Below are positions 55,707 to 64,000 of a stretch of 64,000 nt of DNA, in pieces. Location: NCBI GenBank assembly GCA_044228065.1, contig JBGAVP010000014.1, positions 23,308 through 87,307 of the forward strand. The letters run 5' to 3'. A model generated the notes under the pieces. The model saw nothing but the letters and a program-made list of their open reading frames with translations. It searched no databases and had not been told where the DNA came from. The translations under genes were made by a program, and so were the position numbers. Each line of letters starts with the position of its first letter. Positions within the stretch are counted from its first letter, which is position 1. The stretch comes from Chitinophagales bacterium (lineage in GTDB: Bacteria; Bacteroidota; Bacteroidia; Chitinophagales; LD1).

Positions 55707-57071
55707 CTATTTGCTTTTAAGAATCTCATCCCTTACTTCTTCTACTTTCATTCCTCCAAACTGTCCACTTGTCATTAGCAATAGATTTTTATTCTTCCAA
55801 TTGGTAGATAATAGATATTGAATCAATTGCTCCTTTTCTGTAAATATCTGCAAATCATTTCTGCCAAATGATTCTCGTATAAGTGATTCGTCCAAATCTG
55901 GCATTCGTTTTAAAAGCATTGCTTCTTTGTCTATAAAAACGATAGCAGCATCTGCAGCATCCATACTGCCACTATATTCTGAAAGAAAATCTTTATTTAA
56001 ACTACTAAACGTATGGAGCTCCATTACTGCTACTAATTGCCTATCAGCAAACTGTTCACGCATGGCTTTTACCGTAGCCTTTAATTTTGATGGAGAGTGT
56101 GCAAAGTCTTTATAGATAACTGTTTCTTCATTCTTACCGAGAAATTGTAGACGATTAGCAGCACCTTCAAATGAACTTATAGCATTCATAAAATCCCCAT
56201 TGGAGATTCCTACTTCGTTACAAACTATTCTTGCTCCTTCTATGTTTTGCATATTATGCGCTCCAAACACACTCATTTCATATTCCTTCCCTTCAGATAA
56301 AATAAAAGTGCTGTGCCCTTTGGTGAAATACTCAGGTTGAGTATAGGGTAAAACCTTTGCGCTTCCTTTATATTCAGCAAAAATTTTCTTCAACTCGGTA
56401 TCTTCCCTATAGTATGTTATTGCTCCCCCAGCTTCCACACTTTCGGCAAATTTCTTAAACTGATTTACATAACCTTCATAGACAGGAAACACATTGATAT
56501 GATCCCAAGCTACTCCTGTAATTAAGGCCACATGTGGCTTGTAGAACATAAACTTGGATTCTAAGTGAATAGGCGAAGCCAAATATTCATCGCCCTCTAA
56601 CACTATTATAGACGCATCTTCAGTAAGCTTAACGCTGGTATCAAACCCTTTCACTTTCGCCCCCACCATATAGTCAATGTTCTTTCCGCACTGTTGCAAA
56701 ACGTGCATCACCATTGAGGTAATGGTAGTTTTGCCATGGCTTCCAGCTATAACAATGCGTAATTTATCCTTTGCTACTTCATAAATGTATTCAGGAAAAG
56801 AATAAATTTTTAAGCCCAACTCCTGTGCCTTCAATAGTTCTGGATTGTCTATTCGAGCGTGCATTCCTAAAATTACAGCATCCAAATCATCTCTAACTCT
56901 TTCAGAAAAAAATCCAATCTGATCAGGCATGATTCCTTCCTTACTCAAATTGGTAAGTGCAGGGTCCGCTATTTTATCGTCAGAACCCGTTACTATATTT
57001 CCTTTTCGTTTAAGGGCTATGGCTAGATTATGCATAATAGCACCACCTACTGCTATAAAATGTATCTTCAT
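55707..57071 (-). CDS. mpl: Mur ligase family protein, Mpl-like (UDP-N-acetylmuramate:L-Ala-gamma-D-Glu-meso-DAP ligase type)
   Basis: N-terminus MKIHFIAVGGAIMHNLAIAL. P-loop IAGSHGKTTITSMV. Mur ligase middle and C-terminal domains. 454 aa. Confidence 0.75.
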   Translation of the reverse strand: MKIHFIAVGGAIMHNLAIALKRKGNIVTGSDDKIADPALTNLSKEGIMPDQIGFFSERVRDDLDAVILGMHARIDNPELLKAQELGLKIYSFPEYIYEVAKDKLRIVIAGSHGKTTITSMVMHVLQQCGKNIDYMVGAKVKGFDTSVKLTEDASIIVLEGDEYLASPIHLESKFMFYKPHVALITGVAWDHINVFPVYEGYVNQFKKFAESVEAGGAITYYREDTELKKIFAEYKGSAKVLPYTQPEYFTKGHSTFILSEGKEYEMSVFGAHNMQNIEGARIVCNEVGISNGDFMNAISSFEGAANRLQFLGKNEETVIYKDFAHSPSKLKATVKAMREQFADRQLVAVMELHTFSSLNKDFLSEYSGSMDAADAAIVFIDKEAMLLKRMPDLDESLIRESFGRNDLQIFTEKEQLIQYLLSTNWKNKNLLLMTSGQFGGMKVEEVRDEILKSK

Positions 57072-57119
57072 AAAATGTAGTTGAAGGATGAAAGTTTTGC
57101 AATACTAAAATAAATAGGA

Positions 57120-57127
57120 TACTTTTG
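57120..57127 (+). promoter_or_regulatory. candidate -7 element TACTTTTG 25 nt upstream of the small lipoprotein ORF
   Basis: Exact TAnnTTTG match in the intergenic spacer. Confidence 0.3.
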
Positions 57128-57152
57128 CGTTCTATTTTCAAAACAAATCACC

Positions 57153-57287
57153 ATGAAAACGAACGCAAAAAATATTCTTACAGTAGCAGTAGTAGCTGCT
57201 TTTTTAGTGGCTTTATCATCTTGTGATAAGAAAACTTGTCCTACTTATTCTAAAGTAGAAAAAACTTCTACAGAACACAAAGCATAA
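57153..57287 (+). CDS. 44-aa lipoprotein candidate
   Basis: MKTNAKNILTVAVVAAFLVALSSCDKKTCPTYSKVEKTSTEHKA. Lipobox LSSC. Its stop is 6 nt before the ytxJ start. Below the ORF-track length cutoff. Confidence 0.4.
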   Translation: MKTNAKNILTVAVVAAFLVALSSCDKKTCPTYSKVEKTSTEHKA

Positions 57288-57293
57288 TTCGAG

Positions 57294-57626
57294 ATGAATT
57301 GGGTGCAACTGAAGGAGGAGTCTCAGCTGGCTGAGATTTCAGAAAACTCATTCTCAAAACCTGTTTTGATTTTCAAACACAGTACCCGATGCAGTGTGAG
57401 TATAATGGCTAAGCGTTCTTTTGAGAACGATTGGAATTTAGCTCCTGATGCTGTTTCAACCTATTTTCTTGATCTTATTGCTTATCGTTCTGTATCCAAT
57501 AAAATAGCAGAACAGTTTAAAGTAGAACATCAATCGCCCCAAATCATTTTATTGAAAAATGGTAAAGTTGTTTACCACGTTTCGCATTCCGATATAGATT
57601 TTAAAGAATTGACAAAAGTTTTATAA
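57294..57626 (+). CDS. ytxJ: bacillithiol-system thioredoxin-like protein YtxJ (DUF2847)
   Basis: PVLIFKHSTRCSVS monothiol motif on a thioredoxin-sized fold. 110 aa. Confidence 0.8.
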   Translation: MNWVQLKEESQLAEISENSFSKPVLIFKHSTRCSVSIMAKRSFENDWNLAPDAVSTYFLDLIAYRSVSNKIAEQFKVEHQSPQIILLKNGKVVYHVSHSDIDFKELTKVL

Positions 57627-58742
57627 AATCTTCTTCAATTCCTCTACTAAGTAATCTATTTCTTCTTTGGTATTATTTTTTGAGAAAGAAAATCGCACAG
57701 TCTTCCTATTAGGGTCCGCTTTTATTCCCTCCAAAACATGCGATCCAATATCCGTACCAGAAGTACAAGCACTTCCGCCAGAAGCAGCTATACCAGCTAT
57801 ATCTAAATTAAAAAGTAGCATTTCCGATTTGGAAGTAATAGGAATAGAAATACTTAAAACCTTGTAATGACCTCTTTCATCTGTGTAGCCATTATAGGCT
57901 ACATCTGGCAGCTCTTTATTGAGTTGCGAAATCATATAATTTTTAAGTGCTGTAATCGAATTTCTATTCGCTTCCATTTGTGATAAAGAAAGTTCTAATG
58001 CCTTTCCTAAGCCTACAATTCCATAAATATTTTCTGTACCAGCTCTCATATTTCGTTCTTGACTTCCTCCATCCATAAAAGGTTTGAGCATAGTATCAGA
58101 ACTTATATAAACAAAACCAACCCCTTTGGGTCCATAAAATTTATGGGCAGATCCACTCAAAAAATGAATCTTTATTTCTTGAACATCTAGTGGATAATAA
58201 CCAATTGTTTGAACAGAGTCTGTATGAAAATAGGCAACATATTGCTGACACAAATCACCCACACGCTTTAAATCTAAAAGGGTACCTATTTCATTATTGG
58301 AATGCATAAGCGAAACCAACGTCTTCTCGTTGGATGCCTTGAGTAATTCTTCTAAATGCTCGTAACTGGGCTCACCAAAAGTGTTTAGTTGCACAAAGTC
58401 AAGCGCCACCCCATTTTCATGCTCTCTCTCTACAGAATGCAATACACAGTGATGCTCAATAGTCGAAGATATGATTCGTTTAACCCCTAAACTTGTTACC
58501 GATTTTTTGATAACCGTATTATTGGACTCGGTGCCACAAGAGGTAAAAAAAACTTCTGCGGTAGAGGCGTTAATAGCACTGGCGACAATCTTGCGAGCCT
58601 TTTCAATAGCTGCTTTGGTTTTTCTTCCATACGAATGAATAGAAGAAGGATTGCCAAAATGATCGGTCAGGAACGGTAACATTTCCTCCAAAACTTCTGG
58701 AGCTATGGCTGTAGTAGCAGCGTTATCTAAATATACTTTCAT
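57621..58742 (-). CDS. cysteine desulfurase (NifS/IscS class V aminotransferase)
   Basis: MKVYLDNAATT start (ATG at 58742; the ORF track extends to 58814). PLP site SGSAHKFYGPKG. Active-site loop SGGSACTSG. Confidence 0.88.
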   Translation of the reverse strand: MKVYLDNAATTAIAPEVLEEMLPFLTDHFGNPSSIHSYGRKTKAAIEKARKIVASAINASTAEVFFTSCGTESNNTVIKKSVTSLGVKRIISSTIEHHCVLHSVEREHENGVALDFVQLNTFGEPSYEHLEELLKASNEKTLVSLMHSNNEIGTLLDLKRVGDLCQQYVAYFHTDSVQTIGYYPLDVQEIKIHFLSGSAHKFYGPKGVGFVYISSDTMLKPFMDGGSQERNMRAGTENIYGIVGLGKALELSLSQMEANRNSITALKNYMISQLNKELPDVAYNGYTDERGHYKVLSISIPITSKSEMLLFNLDIAGIAASGGSACTSGTDIGSHVLEGIKADPNRKTVRFSFSKNNTKEEIDYLVEELKKIL

Positions 58743-58941
58743 GATTTCGCCTGCAAAATAGAAAAAAGTTAATAGTTCTTTGATTTCTAAACCTGCAACT
58801 ACAAAAGTCTGCATTATCTTCTCAAAACATTTTACTAAAGATTCATAAAATGGACATTATTTAATTTTCTTACTGCTTTTTCTGCTACTTAAAATTAAAT
58901 TTGCACACCCTTCCTTTTACGATTGAATTGAAATTATTTTT

Positions 58942-59985
58942 ATGACAAAAAATTTTGTGGCATTTGCCATTGTTTCCTCCCTCTTACTCTCTGCTTGTAA
59001 TTCAGAAACAGACAAAAGCAAATCCAATAAACCATCGAATGCAGTGGCACAAATAGAGGGTATATTGGTGAAAGGAACTTCCATCCAGCAACTCATACAA
59101 AGTTCGGGTTCTATCACTCCTTTTGAGGAAACTGTTTTAATGCCCGAAGTAGCGGGAAGAGTAATTGCTATAAATCTACCAGAAGGAAAATTTGTATCGA
59201 AGGGAACGCTGTTAGTAAAATTATTGGACGATGATTTACAAGCGCAACTTAGAAGACTGGAAGTACAATTAAAAATAGCCGAAACTACCGAACAGCGACA
59301 ATCACAGCTCATTAAAATAAATGGCATTAGCCAACAAGATTACGACCAGTCTGTATTACAGGTAAGTGATTTAAAAGCTCAAATTGAAATTCTTAAAGTA
59401 GCTATTCGCAAAACAGAAATTAGAGCTCCATTTGATGGCAAAATTGGTTTAAAAAAAATCAGTTTAGGGGCTACCATTTCTCCCTCAACTCCAGTGGCTA
59501 CTATTCGTGCCGACCAACAATTAAAAGTTGATTTTTCTGTTCCTGAAAAATATAGTACTGAATTAAAAGCTGGTAAAAAACTAACCTTCACGGTACAAGG
59601 CGATTCTAAAAAATACGAAGCTACTGTTTTGGCAAACGAAGAGAGTATAGAAAGCAGTACTCGAAATTTAAAGGTAAGAGCCATTGTAAATGGTAATCCT
59701 ACAACCCTTACCCCTGGTGCATTTGCTGAGGTGGAAGTAATTTTAGGGGAAAATAAAAATGCGCTGATGATTCCTTCACAAGCGGTTATTCCTCAAGCCA
59801 GAGACAAAAAAGTAATCTTGTCGAAAAATGGAAAAGCAACATTTGTAAAAGTTAAAACAGGCGTTCGTAAAGAGTCTACAGTAGAAATTATAGAAGGCAT
59901 TTCAATAGGTGATACTGTAGTAACAACGGGTTTGCTTTTCATTCGCCCAGATTTTGATTTAAAATTTTCTAAGATTACCAATTAA
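58942..59985 (+). CDS. efflux RND transporter periplasmic adaptor subunit (HlyD/MFP family)
   Basis: Lipoprotein signal LLSAC, alpha-hairpin coiled coil, barrel-sandwich motifs. Immediately upstream of the RND pump. Confidence 0.9.
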   Translation: MTKNFVAFAIVSSLLLSACNSETDKSKSNKPSNAVAQIEGILVKGTSIQQLIQSSGSITPFEETVLMPEVAGRVIAINLPEGKFVSKGTLLVKLLDDDLQAQLRRLEVQLKIAETTEQRQSQLIKINGISQQDYDQSVLQVSDLKAQIEILKVAIRKTEIRAPFDGKIGLKKISLGATISPSTPVATIRADQQLKVDFSVPEKYSTELKAGKKLTFTVQGDSKKYEATVLANEESIESSTRNLKVRAIVNGNPTTLTPGAFAEVEVILGENKNALMIPSQAVIPQARDKKVILSKNGKATFVKVKTGVRKESTVEIIEGISIGDTVVTTGLLFIRPDFDLKFSKITN

Positions 59986-59991
59986 GCATCC

Positions 59992-62900
59992 ATGAGTATT
60001 TCTGACTTCTCGTTAAACAGACCTGTGGCAGCTATCGTCATGAGTTTAGTGATTGTACTTTTTGGTGCAGTAGGCTACAATTTTTTGGGGGTACGGGAGT
60101 ACCCTGCTATAGACCCTCCTACCATCAATGTGCGTACCGCTTACACGGGTGCTAATGCAGATATTATGGAATCTCAAATTACCGAACCGCTTGAAAAAGC
60201 AATTAACGGTATAGAGGGAATTAAATCCATATCCTCTTCTTCCTCTTTAGGAAGCAGCAATATAACGGTTGAATTTAATCTCGGTTCCGATTTAGAAAAA
60301 GCAGCCAATGATGTGCGCGATAAGGTTTCGCAAGCGGTAAAAAATTTACCCCAAGATATAGATGCAGCGCCTATTGTAGCTAAGGCAGATGCTAATAGCG
60401 ACCCCATTATTTTTATGCCTGTGCAAAGTTCTACCATGAACATTGTGCAGCTAAGCGATTATGCGGAAAATGTATTGCAAGAAAAACTACAAACCATTCC
60501 GGGTGTCAGTCAGGTACAAATTTTTGGTCAAAAAAGACCCTCCATGCGCCTTTGGTTACAACCCGATAAAATGGCAGCTTACGGTCTTAACGCACAAGAT
60601 GTAAACGCTGCACTTACGCGCGAAAACATTGATTTGCCGGGGGGAAATATGCGTGGCAATAACACCGATTTAATTATCAAAACATTTGGAAGACTGAGTA
60701 CGGAAGATGATTTCAATAATTTAGTTATTAAGCAAACCGATAAGCAAGTTGTACGATTCAGTGATATTGGAGAAGCCATGATAGGACCTGAAAATGAAGA
60801 AACTTCTATTAAACTTAATGGTGTAAATGGAGTAGCCCTTTCGCTTGTACCACAACCAGGAGCCAACTATATAGAAATAGCCAATGAGTTTTATAAAAGA
60901 ATGGAAGAAATAAAGAAAACACTTCCTTCTGGTATGACCTTGGATATAGGAATTGACAAATCGAAATTCGTTCGAAAATCGGTAAAAGAAGTAGGCGAAA
61001 CCCTTGCTATTGCTATCCTGTTAGTAATTCTAATTGTTTATCTTTTCTTCCGAAATTGGGTCATAGCCATTCGTCCATTAATAGATATTCCTGTTTCCTT
61101 AATGTCCACGTTCTTTATCATGTATGTTTTTGGATTTTCCATCAACATACTCACTATGCTGGCCATAGTCCTGGCAACAGGACTGGTAGTAGATGATGGA
61201 ATTGTGGTCACTGAAAACATCTACAAAAAGATAGAACAAGGAATGGATAAATGGCGTGCAGCCCGCGAAGGAACAGCCGAAATTTTCTTTGCTGTAATAT
61301 CTACCTCCCTTACACTTGCAGTTGTTTTTCTTCCTGTAATTTTTCTTCAAGGCTTCACGGGCAGACTGTTTCGTGAGTTTGGAATTGTGGTAGCAGGAGC
61401 AGTTCTGGTATCTGCTTTTGTATCACTCACACTCACTCCAGTATTGAATGTAAAATTAGGAGGCAGCAGCACCACGCATTCCCGTTTCTATACTTTTTCT
61501 GAACCCTTTTTTGTAGGCTTAGATAGAATTTACAGAAAATCACTCACAGCATTTATGAAAGTGCGCTGGGTTTCTGTGGTCATTCTTTTGGTCTGTATTT
61601 CTCTCATTTACGTTTTTAGCAACGTATTAAAATCAGAACTAGCACCCCTTGAAGACCGCTCTATCATTCGCTCTCCAGTAACAACACCGGAAGGTACTGA
61701 CTTTGATTACACCGAAAATTTAACGGGAAGAATCGCTCAAAAATTAATGGACAGCGTGCCAGAAGCTCGTTTGGTTTTTGCCGCTACTGCACCTGGATTC
61801 ATAGGAACAGGTAGTACCAATACGGGCTCAGTAAATGTTTTATTAACGGAGCCTGAAGAGCGCAAAGCCTCACAGCAACAGATTTACGATAGGCTTACCA
61901 GAATCTACAAAGGTTTTCCAGAAGCAAGAATTTTCCCCAATCAGGAACAAACTATTTCTACATCACTATCAGCAGGCTCACAATTACCTGTTCAATTTGT
62001 CATTCAAAATTTAGATTTCAATAAAATTCAACAAGCCATTCCAAACTTCTTAGATGAAGCGCGCAAAGACCCTGTTTTCGGCAATGTAGATGTGAATTTA
62101 AAATTCAATAAACCCGAGCTAAACATTCTTATAGACCGCTTAAAAGCTGCCGATTTAGGAGTGAGTGTACTCGATGTTTCTAACACACTTCAACTGGCTT
62201 TGAGTGGAAAACGGATTGGTTACTTTTTAAGAAATGGAAAGCAATATCAAGTGATAGGGCAAGTAGATAGAAAAGACCGAGATGAGCCAGTGGATTTAAA
62301 ATCGCTTTATGTGCGAAGCAATAAGGGCGAAATGATACAACTAGACAATCTGGTTCAACTAGAAGAAAACAGCAACCCTCCTACGCTTTACCACTTTAAT
62401 CGTTATAAATCTGCTACCATTTCTGCCTCTTTAGCACAAGGAAGAACACTGGGTGAAGGCATAGCCACCATGCAGAGAATTGCTAAAAAGAATTTAGATG
62501 AAACATTCCAAACAGCTCTTTCGGGACCATCCCGCGACTTTGCTGAAAGTGCTTCCAATACATCGTTTGCATTGATATTGGCATTGCTTTTAATCTATCT
62601 AATTTTAGCAGCACAGTTTGAAAGTTTCCGCGACCCATTCATTATTATGCTTACCGTGCCTCTGGCCATTGCGGGTGCTATGCTTTCTCTTTGGATTTTT
62701 GGAAAAACACTCAATATCTTTTCTCAAATAGGAATGATTATGTTGATAGGATTGGTTACAAAAAATGGAATTCTAATAGTAGAGTTTGCCAATCATAAAA
62801 GAGAAAAAGAGGGACTCAGCAAAGCCAATGCAGCACTTGAATCTGCTGCAGCTCGGTTACGTCCTATTTTAATGACTTCGCTGGCAACTATCTTTGGGGC

Positions 62901-63090
62901 ATTACCTATTGCACTATCCTTAGGTGCTGGTGCACAAAGCCGCGTACCACTTGGAATTGTAATAGTGGGTGGTTTATTATTTTCCCTGTTACTATCGTTG
63001 TATGTAATTCCTGTTATGTATTCTTTAATGGCACACACCAAGAAAAGTACCGATGATTCTGATAGTAATACAGCAATAGAAAAGCAATAA
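59992..63090 (+). CDS. efflux RND transporter permease (AcrB/AcrD/AcrF family)
   Basis: 1032 aa with 12-TM topology and two large periplasmic loops. N-terminus FSLNRPVAAIVMSL. TM4-region GLVVDDGIVVTENI. Confidence 0.93.
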   Translation: MSISDFSLNRPVAAIVMSLVIVLFGAVGYNFLGVREYPAIDPPTINVRTAYTGANADIMESQITEPLEKAINGIEGIKSISSSSSLGSSNITVEFNLGSDLEKAANDVRDKVSQAVKNLPQDIDAAPIVAKADANSDPIIFMPVQSSTMNIVQLSDYAENVLQEKLQTIPGVSQVQIFGQKRPSMRLWLQPDKMAAYGLNAQDVNAALTRENIDLPGGNMRGNNTDLIIKTFGRLSTEDDFNNLVIKQTDKQVVRFSDIGEAMIGPENEETSIKLNGVNGVALSLVPQPGANYIEIANEFYKRMEEIKKTLPSGMTLDIGIDKSKFVRKSVKEVGETLAIAILLVILIVYLFFRNWVIAIRPLIDIPVSLMSTFFIMYVFGFSINILTMLAIVLATGLVVDDGIVVTENIYKKIEQGMDKWRAAREGTAEIFFAVISTSLTLAVVFLPVIFLQGFTGRLFREFGIVVAGAVLVSAFVSLTLTPVLNVKLGGSSTTHSRFYTFSEPFFVGLDRIYRKSLTAFMKVRWVSVVILLVCISLIYVFSNVLKSELAPLEDRSIIRSPVTTPEGTDFDYTENLTGRIAQKLMDSVPEARLVFAATAPGFIGTGSTNTGSVNVLLTEPEERKASQQQIYDRLTRIYKGFPEARIFPNQEQTISTSLSAGSQLPVQFVIQNLDFNKIQQAIPNFLDEARKDPVFGNVDVNLKFNKPELNILIDRLKAADLGVSVLDVSNTLQLALSGKRIGYFLRNGKQYQVIGQVDRKDRDEPVDLKSLYVRSNKGEMIQLDNLVQLEENSNPPTLYHFNRYKSATISASLAQGRTLGEGIATMQRIAKKNLDETFQTALSGPSRDFAESASNTSFALILALLLIYLILAAQFESFRDPFIIMLTVPLAIAGAMLSLWIFGKTLNIFSQIGMIMLIGLVTKNGILIVEFANHKREKEGLSKANAALESAAARLRPILMTSLATIFGALPIALSLGAGAQSRVPLGIVIVGGLLFSLLLSLYVIPVMYSLMAHTKKSTDDSDSNTAIEKQ

Positions 63091-63092
63091 AC

Positions 63093-64000
63093 ATGAGAAA
63101 ACTTCTTTTAAGTATTTTGATTTGTAATCTAAGCAGCAGCATAAGCGCACAAGTTTTAACTGCAGAAGATGCGGTGACTCTTGCCCTTAAAAACAATTAC
63201 GATATTCTAGTAGCACGAAACGATGCAGATATAGCCAAAGCAAACAACACCGCTGGAAATGCAGGAATGCTGCCTACTTTTGGAATCAATGCTTCCGATA
63301 ATTATACCATCAATAATTTAGAGCAAAAATTAACCAACGGAAGTGAGATAAAAGCAACAAATGCAGGGGGAAATAATTTTAATGCTGCTGCGGTTATTAA
63401 CTGGACCTTGTTTGATGGTGGTAAAATGTTTATCACCAAAAAGAAACTAAATCAAATACAAGATTTAGGGGAATTGCAGTTTAAAGATAAAGTAATGCAA
63501 AATGTAAACGATGTGATTGTAGCCTACTACGACATTGTTCGTCAGCAGCAACAATTACTTTCTATACTTCAGGTAATCAACTACAATACTGACCGTGTAA
63601 AAATTTTTGAAAGCCGCTTTAATGCTGGGCTTTCAGCCAAAACAGATTTGCTGCAAGCTAAAGTAGATTTAAACGTAAATAAGGAAACTGCCATTACTCA
63701 ACAAACTGCTATTCTTAATACCAAACGAAAATTAAATCAGTTGCTGAGCAGAGAAACTGAAACTGTGTTTGAAGTTACCGATAGCATTCCACTTACTTTT
63801 CAACCCAACAAGAATGAAATTTTACAAACTATAAATGCACAAAATCCCACTTTGCTGGCTACCCAAAAACAAATAGAAATAGCAAAGTATGGTGTAAAGG
63901 AATTAAAAAGCCTCTACCTTCCTAAACTTAGTGTGAGTGCGGCTTATGCTTTTGCTCGAAGCGATAACAAAGCTGGGTTTACCCTTTTTAGTCAAACCTA
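63093..64000 (+). CDS. TolC-family outer membrane efflux protein (3' end beyond the window)
   Basis: ATG at 63093, 2 nt after the pump stop. Signal peptide, LTAEDAVTLALKNNYDIL, and repeated coiled/barrel pattern. The frame is open to base 64000. Confidence 0.85.
   Translation, partial: MRKLLLSILICNLSSSISAQVLTAEDAVTLALKNNYDILVARNDADIAKANNTAGNAGMLPTFGINASDNYTINNLEQKLTNGSEIKATNAGGNNFNAAAVINWTLFDGGKMFITKKKLNQIQDLGELQFKDKVMQNVNDVIVAYYDIVRQQQQLLSILQVINYNTDRVKIFESRFNAGLSAKTDLLQAKVDLNVNKETAITQQTAILNTKRKLNQLLSRETETVFEVTDSIPLTFQPNKNEILQTINAQNPTLLATQKQIEIAKYGVKELKSLYLPKLSVSAAYAFARSDNKAGFTLFSQT

Noticed and set aside
1-64000. Window-wide search for defence islands, toxin-antitoxin pairs, retrons/DGRs, integrons, transposons, rRNA and riboswitches.
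   Set aside because: I could recognise no reverse transcriptase, nuclease-helicase, methyltransferase-restriction pair, transposase or integrase signature. I also recognised no conserved riboswitch core by eye. Absence cannot be proven without HMM or covariance-model searches.

Overview
AT-rich chromosomal segment that reads as core genome of a Bacteroidota (Flavobacteriia/Cytophagia-like) organism. Supporting this: T9SS type A and type B C-terminal sorting domains, SprB repeats, DUF1573, a Fibrobacter-type paralogous (FISUMP) domain, TAnnTTTG-type -7 boxes, and weak or absent Shine-Dalgarno signals.

Most of the window is housekeeping: smc (5' truncated by the window edge), an rRNA m5C methyltransferase, an aminotransferase, nth, pyrD, yajC, coaE, purK, yidC, biotin carboxylase, a Mur-ligase (Mpl-like), a cysteine desulfurase, and an RND efflux operon whose TolC-like gene runs off the 3' edge. 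Interspersed are large secreted or surface proteins: a collagen-like/tail-fibre-domain protein, a BNR-repeat protein, a Cys-module adhesin and an SprB-repeat protein.

I see no transposase, integrase, CRISPR array, rRNA or canonical tRNA.

Items worth a second look:
- (1) A 119-nt tRNA-like RNA with its own promoter and terminator that cannot be a standard decoder.
- (2) A diverged Rpe-like barrel fused to a CBS pair, next to a DAHP-synthase paralog with an altered substrate motif.
- (3) A cytoplasmic AraC-HTH/PAS/hybrid-kinase/HPt fusion, divergent from a lipoprotein pair.
- (4) About ten small indels between about 31.4 and 46.3 kb that break four non-essential genes, while the other genes in that interval that I read through are uninterrupted.
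- (5) An nth gene whose stop codon sits two codons before an in-frame fourth Fe-S cysteine.

All functional calls rest on motifs recognised by eye. No database search was run.
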